Below, in pieces: positions 1-11,510 of a stretch of DNA of 50,228 nt (positions within the stretch are counted from its first letter, which is position 1; the number at the start of each line of letters is the position of its first letter). The stretch lies in contig NC_068982.1 of assembly GCF_001194135.2 (NCBI RefSeq), positions 25,259,535-25,309,762 of the forward strand. The letters are read 5' to 3'. The position numbers were made by a program, and so were the translations under genes. The DNA is from Octopus bimaculoides. Its lineage: Eukaryota. The notes beneath the pieces are model-generated. The model was not told where the DNA came from and ran no database searches. It saw only the letters and a list, made by a program, of their open reading frames with translations.

Positions 1-780
1 TTTTTTTCTGATTACTAGATTCCAGCCTGTGTCCTGGTGTCTCTGGTCTGGGGCTAAAAAATGTTGTTTGTAATTTTGTTTGCATGAGCTGTCTGTTAGG
101 TTATATGGGATTGGTTCTGGGGAATGGTAGTATTGTTCCCTTAGATTGTTATATGTGTGTGGGTGTCTATGGGTGTTTTGGTTAGTGATGTGTGTAACTC
201 TAGTACGTGGGATGTTTCTTGATCTGGTGTTATTTTGTGTTGTTCTTGAGTTCGGTGGGGGCCAGTAATTTTGGGTCATAGGGTAGTAGTGACTAGCATG
301 TGGTGTGTTTCTTATCCTAGTGTTGTTTTGGGTTGCTATGGGGTGGTTATGCCTGGTATTGGGACGTTGTAGGTGTGTTCTGTTCCTGGTGTATGGGTGA
401 TCTTTAGGTTTGGTGCAATCTATTTCATAAATGCGTTGTCTGTAAGTTTGTTCTATGTTTAGTTTTGGGTGGTTCAAAAGTGGTGGTTGTAAGTGATTTA
501 TATTTATGGTGTATGGAGGGTAATGAGGAGGGTTGTTGTTGATTAAGTGGTTGAAATTGGTGGTGGTTTGTGCGTTGTTCAGTTTTTGTTTATTATTTAT
601 AGTTCTTTTCTTTAGGAAAGGATTATCTGTGCTGAAATCTTGTTTAAAAGTTGATTCATATCTTTGGAAGAAATCATTGCTTTTTTCCCAGCGTAGGAGA
701 GAGTTTCTTTCTTCCTTTATATACTTTAACCATGTAACACAAGCCTTCTGTAGTTTTTTCACTCTTATTATCTTATATAT
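1..780 (-). mobile_element. Unclassified decayed retroelement-like remnant
   Basis: The minus strand is strongly A/C-rich like the neighbouring PLE and has a partly open K/N-rich frame (RVKKLQKACVTWLKYIKEERNSLLRWEK...). I found no diagnostic motif, and the region is cut by an N-gap at 783. Confidence 0.25.
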
Positions 781-977
781 ATNNNNNNNNNNNNNNNNNN
801 NNNNNNNNNNNNNNNNNNNNNNNNNNNNNNNNNNNNNNNNNNNNNNNNNNNNNNNNNNNNNNNNNNNNNNNNNNNNNNNNNNNNNNNNNNNNNNNNNNNN
901 NNNATAGTTGAAATTTACAGAAAAAAACAATAACAAAGACAGGTGTATAAGCAACACGATCGAGAAGGTGAGAAAGT

Positions 978-1013
978 CTTTTACGTTTCGAGCCTACCCT
1001 CTTCGATAGAAAG
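978..1013 (-). ncRNA. Degenerate minimal type I hammerhead-like motif in PLE 3' terminus
   Basis: The minus strand reads CTTT-CTATCGA-A-GAG(GGTAGG)CTC-GAAA-CGT-A-AAAG. Stem I, stem II, GAAA and the palindromic ACGT are present, but the core is CUAUCGA instead of CUGANGA. Confidence 0.55.
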
Positions 1014-1654
1014 GAACAAATGAAATATATAGAGAGAGAATAACAAGAAAAAACTTGTGGAGTTAGCGGTCAATCATGGCGAGTGGTTGGACAAATGTAG
1101 CAAGATGCGAGAGCTAGGAAGAAGGGGAGATAATAAAGTACTGGTGATCCCAAAACGAAGGTGCGCGAGCGTGCGTGTGCATATGTGAAAATATTTGTGC
1201 GTGTGGATAGGGGCTGGTGACATTGACGTGTGGATGTGTATATGTGTAAGTGTATGCGTCTGTAATGTGTGAGTGATTGTGTCGTGCTAGGAAGCGGTCA
1301 GTCCTAGTGTGAGCGAAGTGGTGTGATGTGGGGTGGCAGTGTATGTGTGGTGTGGTATGATGTGGCGCATTTGGGGTGCGTGGGATGTGAGGGCTGGTGT
1401 GTGGGTTTGGTGTGAGGGTATGGAGGTTACGATGTAGGGGTGAGGATGTGGTGTGAGAATGTGAGGGTGAGTGAGGATATGTGGTGGGGTGGAGGATGTG
1501 GGTAGAGTGGGGTATATGAGACTGGGATGTATGGCGGTAGGGTTGGATGGAGGGGATATCAATGAACGGAGAAGGTGAGTAGGAGTGAAGAGAGGAAGTA
1601 GGTGTCAGATGAAGATAGGAGAGGAGGGGGATCAGATGAAGAGGGGAGAGGAGT

Positions 1655-1930
1655 TGAGCCCACATGGCGCAAAGGTGCGAAGACCGAAGATTAATTCCCC
1701 CTCACCGCAAAGGTGGGATTCCAGTTGACCCCTGTGAAAATACAATTCGAACACAGACAGGTTTAGGAATGAATGACCAGTAGAGTGGAAGTGGCGTTAG
1801 AACGGATGTCATTACGGAGTCCAGTTTCTCGGAGGTGCATCGCGAACCGGTCAGTGAAGCGGCGTCCCGTTTGACCGATGTACACAGAAGAACAGAAGAA
1901 TAGTAGATGCAGTAAATGACGTTGCTCTAA
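1655..1930 (-). pseudogene. GIY-YIG endonuclease domain of the PLE (disrupted)
   Basis: The minus strand reads VIYCIY...YIGQTGRRFTDRFAMHLR and ends ELIFGLRTFAPCGLNS, matching the PLE GIY-YIG C-terminal signature. Confidence 0.85.
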
Positions 1931-4900
1931 GTGCATGTGAAGGAGTCAGTGATATGATAGGGACGATGATGGGTGCCTTTGAGGATGGTGGTATTGTAGG
2001 GCCAGTTGCGACAGCGCAGGCGGGCGCAGGGAAACGCGCCAGGCTGGGAGGTTGGATTAGGAAAGAAACTGTGGACCAGGAGGTTACGTAGATTGTGCGC
2101 CCGTTTGAAGGAGGGAAGGGGTAGGTTGAGGAAGATGTGCGAAGTAGAGGTGTAGGACTGGAGTCGTCAGCAGGCTCTGAGAATGGTGCGTTGGAGGGGT
2201 AGGGTGCAGGTGTGGTAGGTGAGAAGAAGCAGGAGACGGGTGCAAGGAGAGAGAGCAGAGGCACGGTCCAAGGAAGTGCTCTGGCACGGTCAGTGTGGAT
2301 AGTCGTAAGTGTATATCTACATACGATGAAGTGGTAAGCCATGAGTTGAGACTGAGTCTCAAAGTCATGATTGTCACTGCAGAGCCTGCGCAGACGGAGG
2401 AATTGGGAGTAGAGGATGGGGAGCTTGGTGTGGGTAGGGTTGGAGGAGAAGTTGAGGTATAAGTGTGAGTCGGTGTGTTAGTAGTGGATGGAGGTGGTGA
2501 GAGCGGAGTTGTGTATGCTGACCGAAATGTCGAGAAAGGCTACGGAAGTGTTGGAAATGTTGCAGGAGAGTTCGAGGGCAGGGTGAAAGGAGTGGACAAA
2601 GGGAGGAAGAAGTCTAATTATTCGCGGGAGACGACCGTATAGTTCGGGAGTGGGACCAGTGAATCTTGAAAAGTGTTGCGCCTCAACGTAGCCAACGAAC
2701 AGGTTCGCATAGTTGGGGGAACATTCTCGTTCCCATAACCACTGCCGAGAAATGTTGGTAAAATCCCCCGCGAACGAGAAGCAGTTGAGAGAGGGAACAA
2801 GTTCGGCTAGACGAAGTGTGGACGTGTCAGGTTGGGGTTTGGGTCGAAAGTCTAGGAAGTGTATGAGTGCAAGAAGTCCTTCGTTGTGTGTGATCACTCT
2901 GTATAAACTCTTGATATCAAGAGTGAAGAGAAGTTCAGAGGGGCCAGGTGAGAAAGAGAAAGAGCCCGAAAGACGAAGAGCATGGTTAGTGTCGTGGATG
3001 TGTCAGGGGAGTGAAACCACTAGGAGGGCAAGGACATGGTTGAGGTATGTCAAGGTCAGTTCCATGGGGTGGTTAAAGGCAGAGACGGTGGGGCGGCCAG
3101 GTTCGTTGCGCTTTTAGATTTGGGGAAGGAAGTAAATGGTGGGAGTGCGAGGAATGCAGACAGTAAATTTGGAGGTGGCGAAAGGGAGACGGGAAGAGGA
3201 TATGAGGTTATAGAATGAGGTTATAGGAGGGCATAGGGCAATAGAAGGAGGTGCCTTGAAGTTGACGAAGAGCTTCAGCGTTATAGAAGTCTGCACGCCA
3301 TACCACCACGGCTCCACTCCCGTCGGCCGGTTTTATGATCATACCTTTGCGGCGTCAGAGACATTGAAGGGCCGAGAGTTCGGCTGGGGAGATGTTAGTT
3401 GTCGAGGACACCTGCGAAAGTGAAACCGATCCATAACACGTTGACAGATGCCTGCAAAAGGATCGAATGCTTAGATCTGGCCAGGAGCTGGCGTCGCGTG
3501 GAACGGTCGGGGGCCCAAGTCAGTGAAGCAGTCCTCTTCGTTAGATGCAGGTGGAGTGCTGTGGAATAGTGCATATAGCCTGACACGGCACACAAAGCTA
3601 TGAATATCAGCACGGGTCTGAAATTCGTAAGTGGATGGAGTGAGGGAGATGAAGCGCAGACCCCTACTGAGAAGAAGGCACTCAGGAGGGATGGTAACAA
3701 CAGACTGAAGTGGGGAGGAGTGGATGGATTAGATATCGGAGCGGTGGTGTAGGTAGTGGTAGACTGGGTAGAAAGAGCGGAAGGTTAAGTGTGTGACAGG
3801 GTGTTGTAATGACGGAAGGGTTGGGGTGAGGATGAGCGGGGAAGCGCATCTGGGAGGTAGGGGGAATAGGGTGTGACTGAATGGAGGAGTGAGTGGAGTT
3901 TACGTTGTTTTGTGCGAGAGAGATTGGTGGAAGAGATGATTCAAATGGATTATGTAGCGTAGAGTAGGATGTGCATAGGTAGGTGAAAGAGAGGAGAAAA
4001 AGATGGAATAAGTGAAAGAGAGAAGGCGGTCGAGGGTGTGTATTTTGGAGATATTGGAACGAATGGTGGCACTCATAAGCCAGAGGAAATAGTAAGGGGT
4101 ATGGGTAGGATGACAGAAACAGCGTGGAAATGGAGGCGGAAAACTTTGGGGATGAGGTGGTGGTGAAGGCAACGATTGCGAAATGAAACGAACGTGGCTA
4201 GAGAACCGTGTTTGTTTGAAAATTAGTAGAGAAAGATTAATAGAAGGTTGGAGGCAGCGGAAAGGAAGTGTAGAAAGGTGTTTCTTTAGGCGGTGCTGAA
4301 GCTGGAGGAGGAAAGATTTGTAATCGGGCATGATTGAAAAAGGACGGGAAAAGGGAGAGAGAGGCAAAGTAAGGACGTACGGAGTATAAAAATTCGAAAA
4401 ATTCAAAAGGCGTGAGAAGAAAATTCAAATGGCAGGAGGAGAAGAACAATAAAAAAAAAAGAGAAGAATAAAGAAGAAACGGAGAGAAAAGAAGAAAAGA
4501 AGAGAAGACGAAAAGGAAAAGAAAGGGAGAGAGATAAGAAAGGGGCAAATTAACAACGTAGGGATTAAGAAAAAACAGAGTAACAAAAAGCAGAATAAGA
4601 AAAGACAGAAACTTCAAAAAAGTTCAAAAAGCTTTAAACGTCGTGGTGTATTGGTGCGATTTTTCATGAACGGAAGATTCCATTGAAATCCATAAGTATA
4701 TCCAGTGGTAATCTGGGTGGGGTGCTGGTGTGTAGCTGAGGAGAGGTGCAGGAAATCCAGGTAGTAGTAAGTCCGTAGTGTAGGAGCTTAAAGCAGGATA
4801 AACAGATAACGCTGTCTATACATTTAGTAATTATAAAAAAGTAAAATCGTGAGTCAAATATGTATAATATCAATACGCACCGCGTATGAAAGCAAATGGG

Positions 4901-5204
4901 ATTTCATATACGAGAGTTAATTTATATTTATAATTCCATTCAGCTATTTATATCGTATATCAGTATTTATTCCGAGTTATAGAGTGAATCTGAAAGTCAC
5001 AATTTCCTGTATTTCTACTCTTGTCTCTATAACTATACATATTCGATACGCTACTAACGTTTAGTTTTGATGTAATCGTTATTGTCTCTCATCAGACACC
5101 TAACTTGTTACGATCCACAAACGTAAAACTTTGATTCATTATAAGCACAGAAAATACATTCATCAGCAAAACCAATGACGAGAAATGTACGTGTCATTTG
5201 CACT

Positions 5205-5220
5205 ATACATATATATATAA

Positions 5221-5268
<48 letters not shown>

Positions 5269-5338
5269 ATGTATATATATGTATATATTTGTATATATAC
5301 TCATATATTATACATACACACACACACACACACACACC

Positions 5339-5380
<42 letters not shown>

Positions 5381-5614
5381 NNNNNNNNNNNNNNNNNNNN
5401 NNNNNNNNNNNNNNNNNNNNNNNNNNNNNNNNNNNNNNNNNNNNNNNNNNNNNNNNNNNNNNNNNNNNNNNNNNNNNNNNNNNNNNNNNNNNNNNNNNNN
5501 NNNNNNNNNNNNNNNNNNNNNNNNNNNNNNNNNNNNNNNNNNNNNNNNNNNNNNNNNNNNNNNNNNNNNNNNNNNNNNNNNNNNNNNNNNNNNNNNNNNN
5601 NNNNNNNNNNNNNN

Positions 5615-5693
<79 letters not shown>

Positions 5694-5735
5694 CATGCAT
5701 GTACGCATGTGTGTATGTTGTGTATATATATATGA
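5205..5735. repeat. Compound microsatellite (AT)n/(AC)n/(AG)n spanning an assembly gap
   Basis: The arrays are directly visible on both sides of the N-gap 5381-5614. Confidence 0.97.
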
Positions 5736-6359
5736 TAATTTGCTAATGAGACACCTTATGTGTTAAGATAAAGGTGTCTCCCTGGTCAAACACAACTTTG
5801 CATGAGTGTACTCCTTGCCTGTAAAACTCTGCTACAGAGAAATTTCGATTCGGTCAAATATTTTTGAAGTCATTGTGGCTAAACAAAGAAAAAACATAAT
5901 AGATAAAGTTGACCAGGACAAATTATATCTGTAAACAAGAATAGTCATATCTACAAATTCATGAAAAGAAACTTATATGAAATAAAAATACCAATGAAGT
6001 ATGTACACCGTAGTTCTTCACCTTGCTAAGAATAATTTTTAAATTTCCTGAAATAACATTCCCACCGCGTTATTGGTTGAGCTGGATCTAAGCAACAGGA
6101 AACTGTCTCATATTAATGAAATTACTTTTACTGTTAATATTTTCCAAAAGTCCCATTATTTTGCAATGCTAACGTTTTGTGCGAGTATTTTGATGCATCA
6201 GTTTCACTAGCATCAACGTGCACGGAAAGATTAACATACTTTTTGATAGTCAGACAACTAGAGCTAACGAAAGATATCAATAACTAGAATGCTTAGCTAA
6301 TAGACTTTGTTGATTTATTTTGACCGTTTTCACACGAACGCAAGCAGAGAAGAAATGCA

Positions 6360-6362
<3 letters not shown>

Positions 6363-6399
<37 letters not shown>

Positions 6400-6590
6400 A
6401 TATGATATATGTGTGTTTATATTGATAATAGTGTGTGTGTATGCGAGTATGCATATACACATGTCTGTGTGTTTGTGTATGTGTGTATGTATATACTCAT
6501 ATCTGTGTGTGTTTTTGTGTGTTTTTTTTTAGTGTGTGTGTGTTTATGTGTGCGTGTGTGTCTATGTGCATGTGTGTGTGTGTGAGTGTG
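6363..6590. repeat. (AT)n and degenerate (TG)n microsatellite
   Basis: Directly visible. Confidence 0.9.
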
Positions 6591-6978
6591 TATTCGGGTA
6601 GTTATAAACTTTTGCAGCTTAAACACATAAACAGGCATATCTCGAACAATTTCGACTACATACGTACAAACATATGTAGCTTGTATAGAGGAATACGTAT
6701 AAACTTATTTGCATATAAATAAATGCACATATACCTGTAAGCACATATCTGAATGAATTAACACAGAATGTAAAGAAGTAACTCTTACACGTTTTAAAAA
6801 TGCATACCACTTCGTGTAACGAAGTTTTCATGGCGTTGGTTTTCACATATTTTCAGATTTTGTAAGTTTTACATATATTCAGATTTTGTTAAATTAACTT
6901 TTGGGGAATGAAACATGTCTATCCATATACTAGCATACATAAATTTAATACTAGTTTATGGTTGGACATGTTTAACAT

Positions 6979-7362
6979 GAGTGGCTGTGTGGTAAGTAAC
7001 TTGCTTACCAGCCACATGGTTCCGGGTTCAGTCCCATTGCGTGGCAACTTGGGCAAGTGTCTTCTACTATAGCCTCGGCCCGTCCAAATTATTGTGAGTG
7101 GATTTGGTAGACAGAAACTGATAGAAGCCCGTCGTGTATATGTATATATATATGTGTGTGTGTGTTTTTGTGGTCTGTGTTTGTCCCCCCCAACGTCGCT
7201 TGACAAACGATGCTGGTGTGTTTACGTCCCCGCAACTTAGCGGTTCGGCAAAAGAGACCGATAGAATAAGTACTAGGCTTACAAAGAATAAGTCCTGGGG
7301 TCGATTTGCTCGACGAAAGGCGGTGCTCCAGCAAGGCCGCAGTCAAATGACTAAAACAACTA
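6979..7362 (+). mobile_element. tRNA-derived CORE-type SINE, octopus OR2-like, full length
   Basis: The head reads GTGGCTGTGTGGTAAG...CCGGGTTCAGTCCC (A/B boxes). It continues with a CORE-like CTTGGGCAAGTGTCTT, an internal (TA)/(TG) array and the tail ...GGTGCTCCAGCAAGGCCGCAGTCAAATGACTAAAAC. Several homologues occur in the window. Confidence 0.85.
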
Positions 7363-7384
7363 CAAGCGTAATATATACTTGTTG

Positions 7385-7582
7385 TAAGGCCGCTAGGCCA
7401 CTTGACCGGCAGGCTCACGTTCCTGGCATTTCGTTCCGAGTTCAAATTCTTCTGAGGTTCACTTTGACTCACATCGTTTCGTGGTTGATAAACTAAGTAC
7501 GAGTTAAGCCCTAGGATTGATTTAATCGATTTGGCCCCCTCCCCCAAAACTGTTGGCTTCGTGACAAGAATTTGAAGCCAGT
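7385..7582 (+). mobile_element. Octopus OR1-like SINE, degenerate
   Basis: It matches the other copies at GAGTTCAAATTC..GAGGT..ACTTTG...GATAAA.TAAGTAC...TAATCGA...CCCCTCCCCCAAAA...AATTTGAA. Confidence 0.7.
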
Positions 7583-9004
7583 ACATATTGGCATTTATTG
7601 AAGATTGACGTCTTTTGTTTATGTTTAGTTTCAGAGAATTTTGATTTTACTGAAAAATAATTTATTCATACTTATATATTTTATTACTTGTTATATAGAG
7701 AACACAAGAAGTGGTTCCAATATAGTAAGTGGCAGTTAGTGACCGCAGCAAATGCTTTTGCCGTTAATCATACTCAAAAGCATGTCTATCAACGTTTGTG
7801 GGATATCACTTTCTCACACTTTAGAAAATGATAAATAACATATTTTAATAAAACACTGTTAACCTTTTAACATCTGGGATATCGTCCTTAAGTGTTACTT
7901 GTCAAAAACTTGAAGTATTGTCTTTTGATAGAAATCATGTGAACTCCTCTGACTTACATTCCTGTCTATTTATAGTTAATTTAGTTTCCCTGGTATCGGT
8001 AACCCTATAGTTCATGTCATAAATTACAGGTTGTCATAGGAAGCGAACATTCGTAGATACGTAAAGAAACATTTTTTTTTTAATGTTAGCATGTTAGGTA
8101 CAAGCATTTTGTGAGAGATATTTATATGACAGGGCTGAGTAGAATAACAATCCACCTGAAATTTGACTTTTAATAAATTTATTTCTTTTTGGAATCTTTT
8201 ATTTACCGTGTATCAATAGTATTGAATATGTGTTTGTGTGTGTATATGCGTTTGCGCGCCCACGCGTATATGTGTGTGCGTGTTCCAAATCTGTGATATT
8301 ATCAAAAGATAAAAGAATTCAATGCGTGGCTTATAACTTATATCTACAGCTCTAAACATAAATTCATAGCCATTTTTCTTTTATATTTCGTTATTATTCA
8401 TTGGATTGAACACGATTTATCGATATCTGGATTTTATTGAACACTCAATAACATAATAAGGGCTTAGTTTCATAAAATCTGTATAGCAAATTGTCCTTTG
8501 GTACAATAACAAAATACCACGATTCATCCATTTGGGTTAAGCTGGACGTTGTTCGAAATGCTGACATTGATTTTGGCAGTATTTTGAACTACCTAAAGTA
8601 ATGAGATATTTTCTACTTTGTATGTTAAGTTATAACTCGATATGCATGAAATCACATACACGTGATAACACATAAACTCGTACACACATGCACACATTTA
8701 TATATTTCTAAAGACACACGAAGATATTTATTTACATATAACATATATATATATATATGTGTGTATATATATNNNNNNNNNNNNNNNNNNNNNNNNNNNN
8801 NNNNNNNNNNNNNNNNNNNNNNNNNNNNNNNNNNNNNNNNNNNNNNNNNNNNNNNNNNNNNNNNNNNNNNNNNNNNNNNNNNNNNNNNNNNNNNNNNNNN
8901 NNNNNNNNNNNNNNNNNNNNNNNNNNNNNNNNNNNNNNNNNNNNNNNNNNNNNNNNNNNNNNNNNNATATACATATATATGTGTGCGTGTGTATGTGTGT
9001 GTAA

Positions 9005-9040
9005 TAGGCGCACTAATAGCTGTGTGGTAAGAAGTTGACA
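9005..9040 (+). mobile_element. OR2-like SINE head fragment
   Basis: GGCGCACTAATAGCTGTGTGGTAAGAAGTT resembles the heads at 6979 and 11511. Confidence 0.45.
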
Positions 9041-9745
9041 GAAGTTGAGGTATTCTTCCCTAGAATGTGATTCGTTTGAGGAAAAATTAGTTGAATTCTT
9101 GAACAAGATGGACAAGGAAATGGAGAAAAGGAATCATGCAGCGGCAGCTAAGCTAGAGAAAATGTTGAAGAAATCAATCTGGAAGAGTTGAGTGACTTCA
9201 AGGAAATTCTTGAAAAGGAGGACAACGATGTGAAGGTGTCCCCCACTCCTCCCTAAAAAGTATTAAAGGACAGGGAAGAAAGAATAAATTGTATACAGAA
9301 CTTAGGCTACAGCAGCTAGGGAAATTGAAGTGGTATCGGAAGCACAGGTGGAAAAAGCATTGAGGTCAGTCTGGCAGGAGTTACCATACCTTGCCAGGGA
9401 ACAAAAATATGGAGCGGTGGATGTGCAGTTTAGGGAGATAGCAACTGCCAGACTGTACTCGGCCACACTGCTGAAGACAGATGAGGTATTGCTTCTACCC
9501 ATGTACCTTGGGAGACGTACTTCTAGGGTATGGGTGGAAGACATACCACCAGAAGTGAATGTAGCTTGGCTGATAGCTGCCATACTTCTGGGCATGGAAG
9601 AGAAGGTGCTGGTCCTGCAGGCCACCAGAACGCCCTACAGAAACTGGCAAGGGCATAGTCTGGACATGGTGGTACATATTAACCCAGAAGATATTGAAAG
9701 TATGGTGAAAACAATCACAATCGCAGACGTGACCATGCTGTACTG
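9040..9745 (+). mobile_element. LINE ORF1-like fragment (L1/Tx1-type, decayed)
   Basis: This is a purine-rich, coding-like segment with the 143-aa ORF 9330-9761 (VDVQFREIATARLYS...YLGRRTSRVWVEDIPPEVNVAWL...NWQGHSLDMVV). It resembles the RRM-type ORF1 region that precedes zinc knuckles. It has an upstream E/K-rich coiled-coil-like stretch with stops and ends at the inverted repeat at 9784. Confidence 0.45.
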
Positions 9746-9782
9746 TTTTCTCCTGCTCTAACGCTTTATTATTAATCTCCTC

Positions 9783-9783
<1 letters not shown>

Positions 9784-9826
<43 letters not shown>

Positions 9827-9895
9827 CCAGGTCACTACCTGGAATTGAACTCGAAATCTTGGAGTTAATAGCCCACGCTCTTAATCACTACGCCA
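9784..9895 (-). mobile_element. Inverted partial copy of tRNA-headed element (head + (AAT)n)
   Basis: The reverse complement TGGCGTAGTGATTAAGAGCGTGGGCTATTAACTCCAAGATTTCGAGTTCAATTCCAGGTAGTGACCTGG(ATA)n is homologous to 9904 and 48104. Confidence 0.9.
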
Positions 9896-9898
9896 CGA

Positions 9899-10002
9899 GC
9901 ATATGGCGTAATGGTTAAGAGCGTGAGCTACTAACCCCAATATTCCGAGTTCAATTCAAGGTAGTGACCTGAATAATAATATAATAATAATAATAGTGAG
10001 AA

Positions 10003-10033
<31 letters not shown>

Positions 10034-10215
10034 AAGAAGAAGAAGAAGAAGAAGAAGAAGAAGAAGAAGAAGAAGATCGAAAAATACCTTAGGAATGAGA
10101 ACCCAGGTTCGAAATTTACCTAGGACACCTGATGAAGGATGGAGGTGATATCAGCCGAAACGTTGTGTTAACAACAGACAAGATGAGGACAAATCTCCGT
10201 CAAATGTAAATAATG
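9899..10215 (+). mobile_element. tRNA-headed, hammerhead-containing short element (SINE-like solo PLE terminal repeat)
   Basis: It has an A-box-like TGGCGTAATGG (9904), a B-box-like GAGTTCAATTC (9947), (AAT)n then (GAA)n, a body ATCGAAAAATACCTTAGGAATGAGAACCCAGGTTCGAAAT, a hammerhead, and the tail ...CCGTCAAATGTAAATAATG. It is collinear with 48099-48350. Confidence 0.88.
10124..10169 (+). ncRNA. Minimal type I hammerhead ribozyme (PLE-type)
   Basis: The sequence is GACAC-CTGATGA-A-GGATG(GAGGTGATAT)CAGCC-GAAA-CGT-T-GTGTT. Stem I is GACAC/GTGTT, the core CUGAUGA and GAAA are intact, and stem II has one mismatch. The palindromic ACGT replaces helix III, and predicted cleavage is after 10164. Confidence 0.8.
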
Positions 10216-11510
10216 CAAATAGTATTAGTTAACCTTTATCGTTTACGGAAAGCGCGAAAAATATCATAGCACATTCAGTCTTAACAAAGTACATATTGTA
10301 ACTATGTTTCTTGCTAGATCTCTGTCATAGTGTAGGGTACTATCTTAAACGTAATATATATTTATTTCAAATAAGTTATTATAAACATGATTTTATTTCA
10401 TAATACCACTCGGCAGGCTAACAAGCAAACGGTGGTGTGAATGAAGGAAGAAAGGAAATGGGCCAGAGACCGCTCATTCAAAAGCTAACGGAGATCTTTC
10501 TTCGAAGGCCTCAAATACACATGGAATACTTCCATAGGAGCAGCTAAAACTGCAGCAGGTCGACCACCCTGGGACATGCCTGCTGCTTTATGCATTTGAC
10601 GCGATGCGCCGAAGTGACCTAAAGTTCACTTAAGATCTAGTTATATACAGGTTTTCACTAGAATACATGCGCATCTGTGCGTATCCGTGTGTTTGTGTGC
10701 ATCTGTATATATTTACAACGTTAAACGTTGTGCGATCAATTTAACATAACTCATGAAAACTAGTGAGCTGGGTTTTCTATAAATTTTGATTAAATATTCA
10801 ATGCCACATCATTTCCGAACATACGATACATCCGATTACTTCGGTTGCAGGTATCGAGTAGAATGTTTGATGCTGTGAGTATTTAACTTCTTCGTGAAAC
10901 TGTAATATAATATTCTGTCAGAGAACTAGTATAATTGAAAGTAGCATAAGTTTATAGATAATGATGCAAGCTTTCTAAATCAGTGCAAATGTCATAAATA
11001 TTAAGTTTGGCTACGTTTTACGTGCGTTACTGGGGAACATTAACCCTACTATAATATAATTTGCTGAGAAAAAGTATCAATTTACATTAAATACATTGGG
11101 AACAGTAGCCCCTCAGGAGGTAGACGTAATCGCTTCCAACTAATAATTATCTGCATATATTAACAGGCAATGATTCGCAACGCATCAATTTACTGAATTT
11201 AGTTAGAGAATACCTAAAATCCATCAAAGTTAAATTTTATTTAGAATTAGTAGACATTATAGCATATCAGTTTAAATCATGCGATATGATAACTTCTAAC
11301 GGCATATTCAGTATCTCTGTTGTTATTCATGGTTTTGTCTTTAATATATGTGGCATAGGTGGATGTTCTAGTTCTTGATTTGTTTTATACCAGCTCAATC
11401 CTCATCGAGCAGAGGAATGAGTATAAGCATTCCAGCGAAAATTTATCGTCTTTTACATTCCTACATAATATTAATTTCACTCTCGTAACTTATTTTGAGA
11501 TATTGCCTCT

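Larger units (their letters stand above)
905..4640 (-). mobile_element. Near full-length decayed Penelope-like retroelement (RT + C-terminal GIY-YIG; Neptune-like)
   Basis: Manual minus-strand translation gives an N-terminal FSSHVRFISQ (about 4200) and RT motifs SPNYANLFVGYVEAQHFSRFTGPTPELYGR, FHPALE, FLDISVSI and HTDSHLYLNFSS..HTK.PI.YSQFLRLRRLCS (about 2750-2380). The GIY-YIG domain reads SNVIYCIY....YIGQTGRRFTDRFAMHLRE...RHFHSTGH...ELIFGLRTFAPCGLN (about 1930-1655). There are many stops and frameshifts. Confidence 0.9.

Noticed and set aside
1114-1665. His/Pro/Thr-rich 183-aa ORF
   Set aside because: It is the low-complexity C/A-rich 3' untranslated region of the PLE, downstream of the endonuclease stop.
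4805-4870. Similarity of IITKCIDS to the IITKRIDS end of the 32-kb tandem unit
   Set aside because: Nucleotide similarity is weak and the sequence is AT-rich, so it cannot be distinguished from chance.
5108-5746. Many long ORFs ([12 protein letters not shown], poly-X), here and at 20580-21514, 35997-37198 and 39061-40200
   Set aside because: They are translations of dinucleotide microsatellites and N-gaps.
9904-9970. tRNA gene (apparent CTACTAA anticodon-like loop); also 9828-9895 and 48104-48170
   Set aside because: Only the D- to T-arm region is tRNA-like. There is no complementary acceptor stem, and each copy runs into (AAT)n and a repeat body, so these are SINE-type heads.
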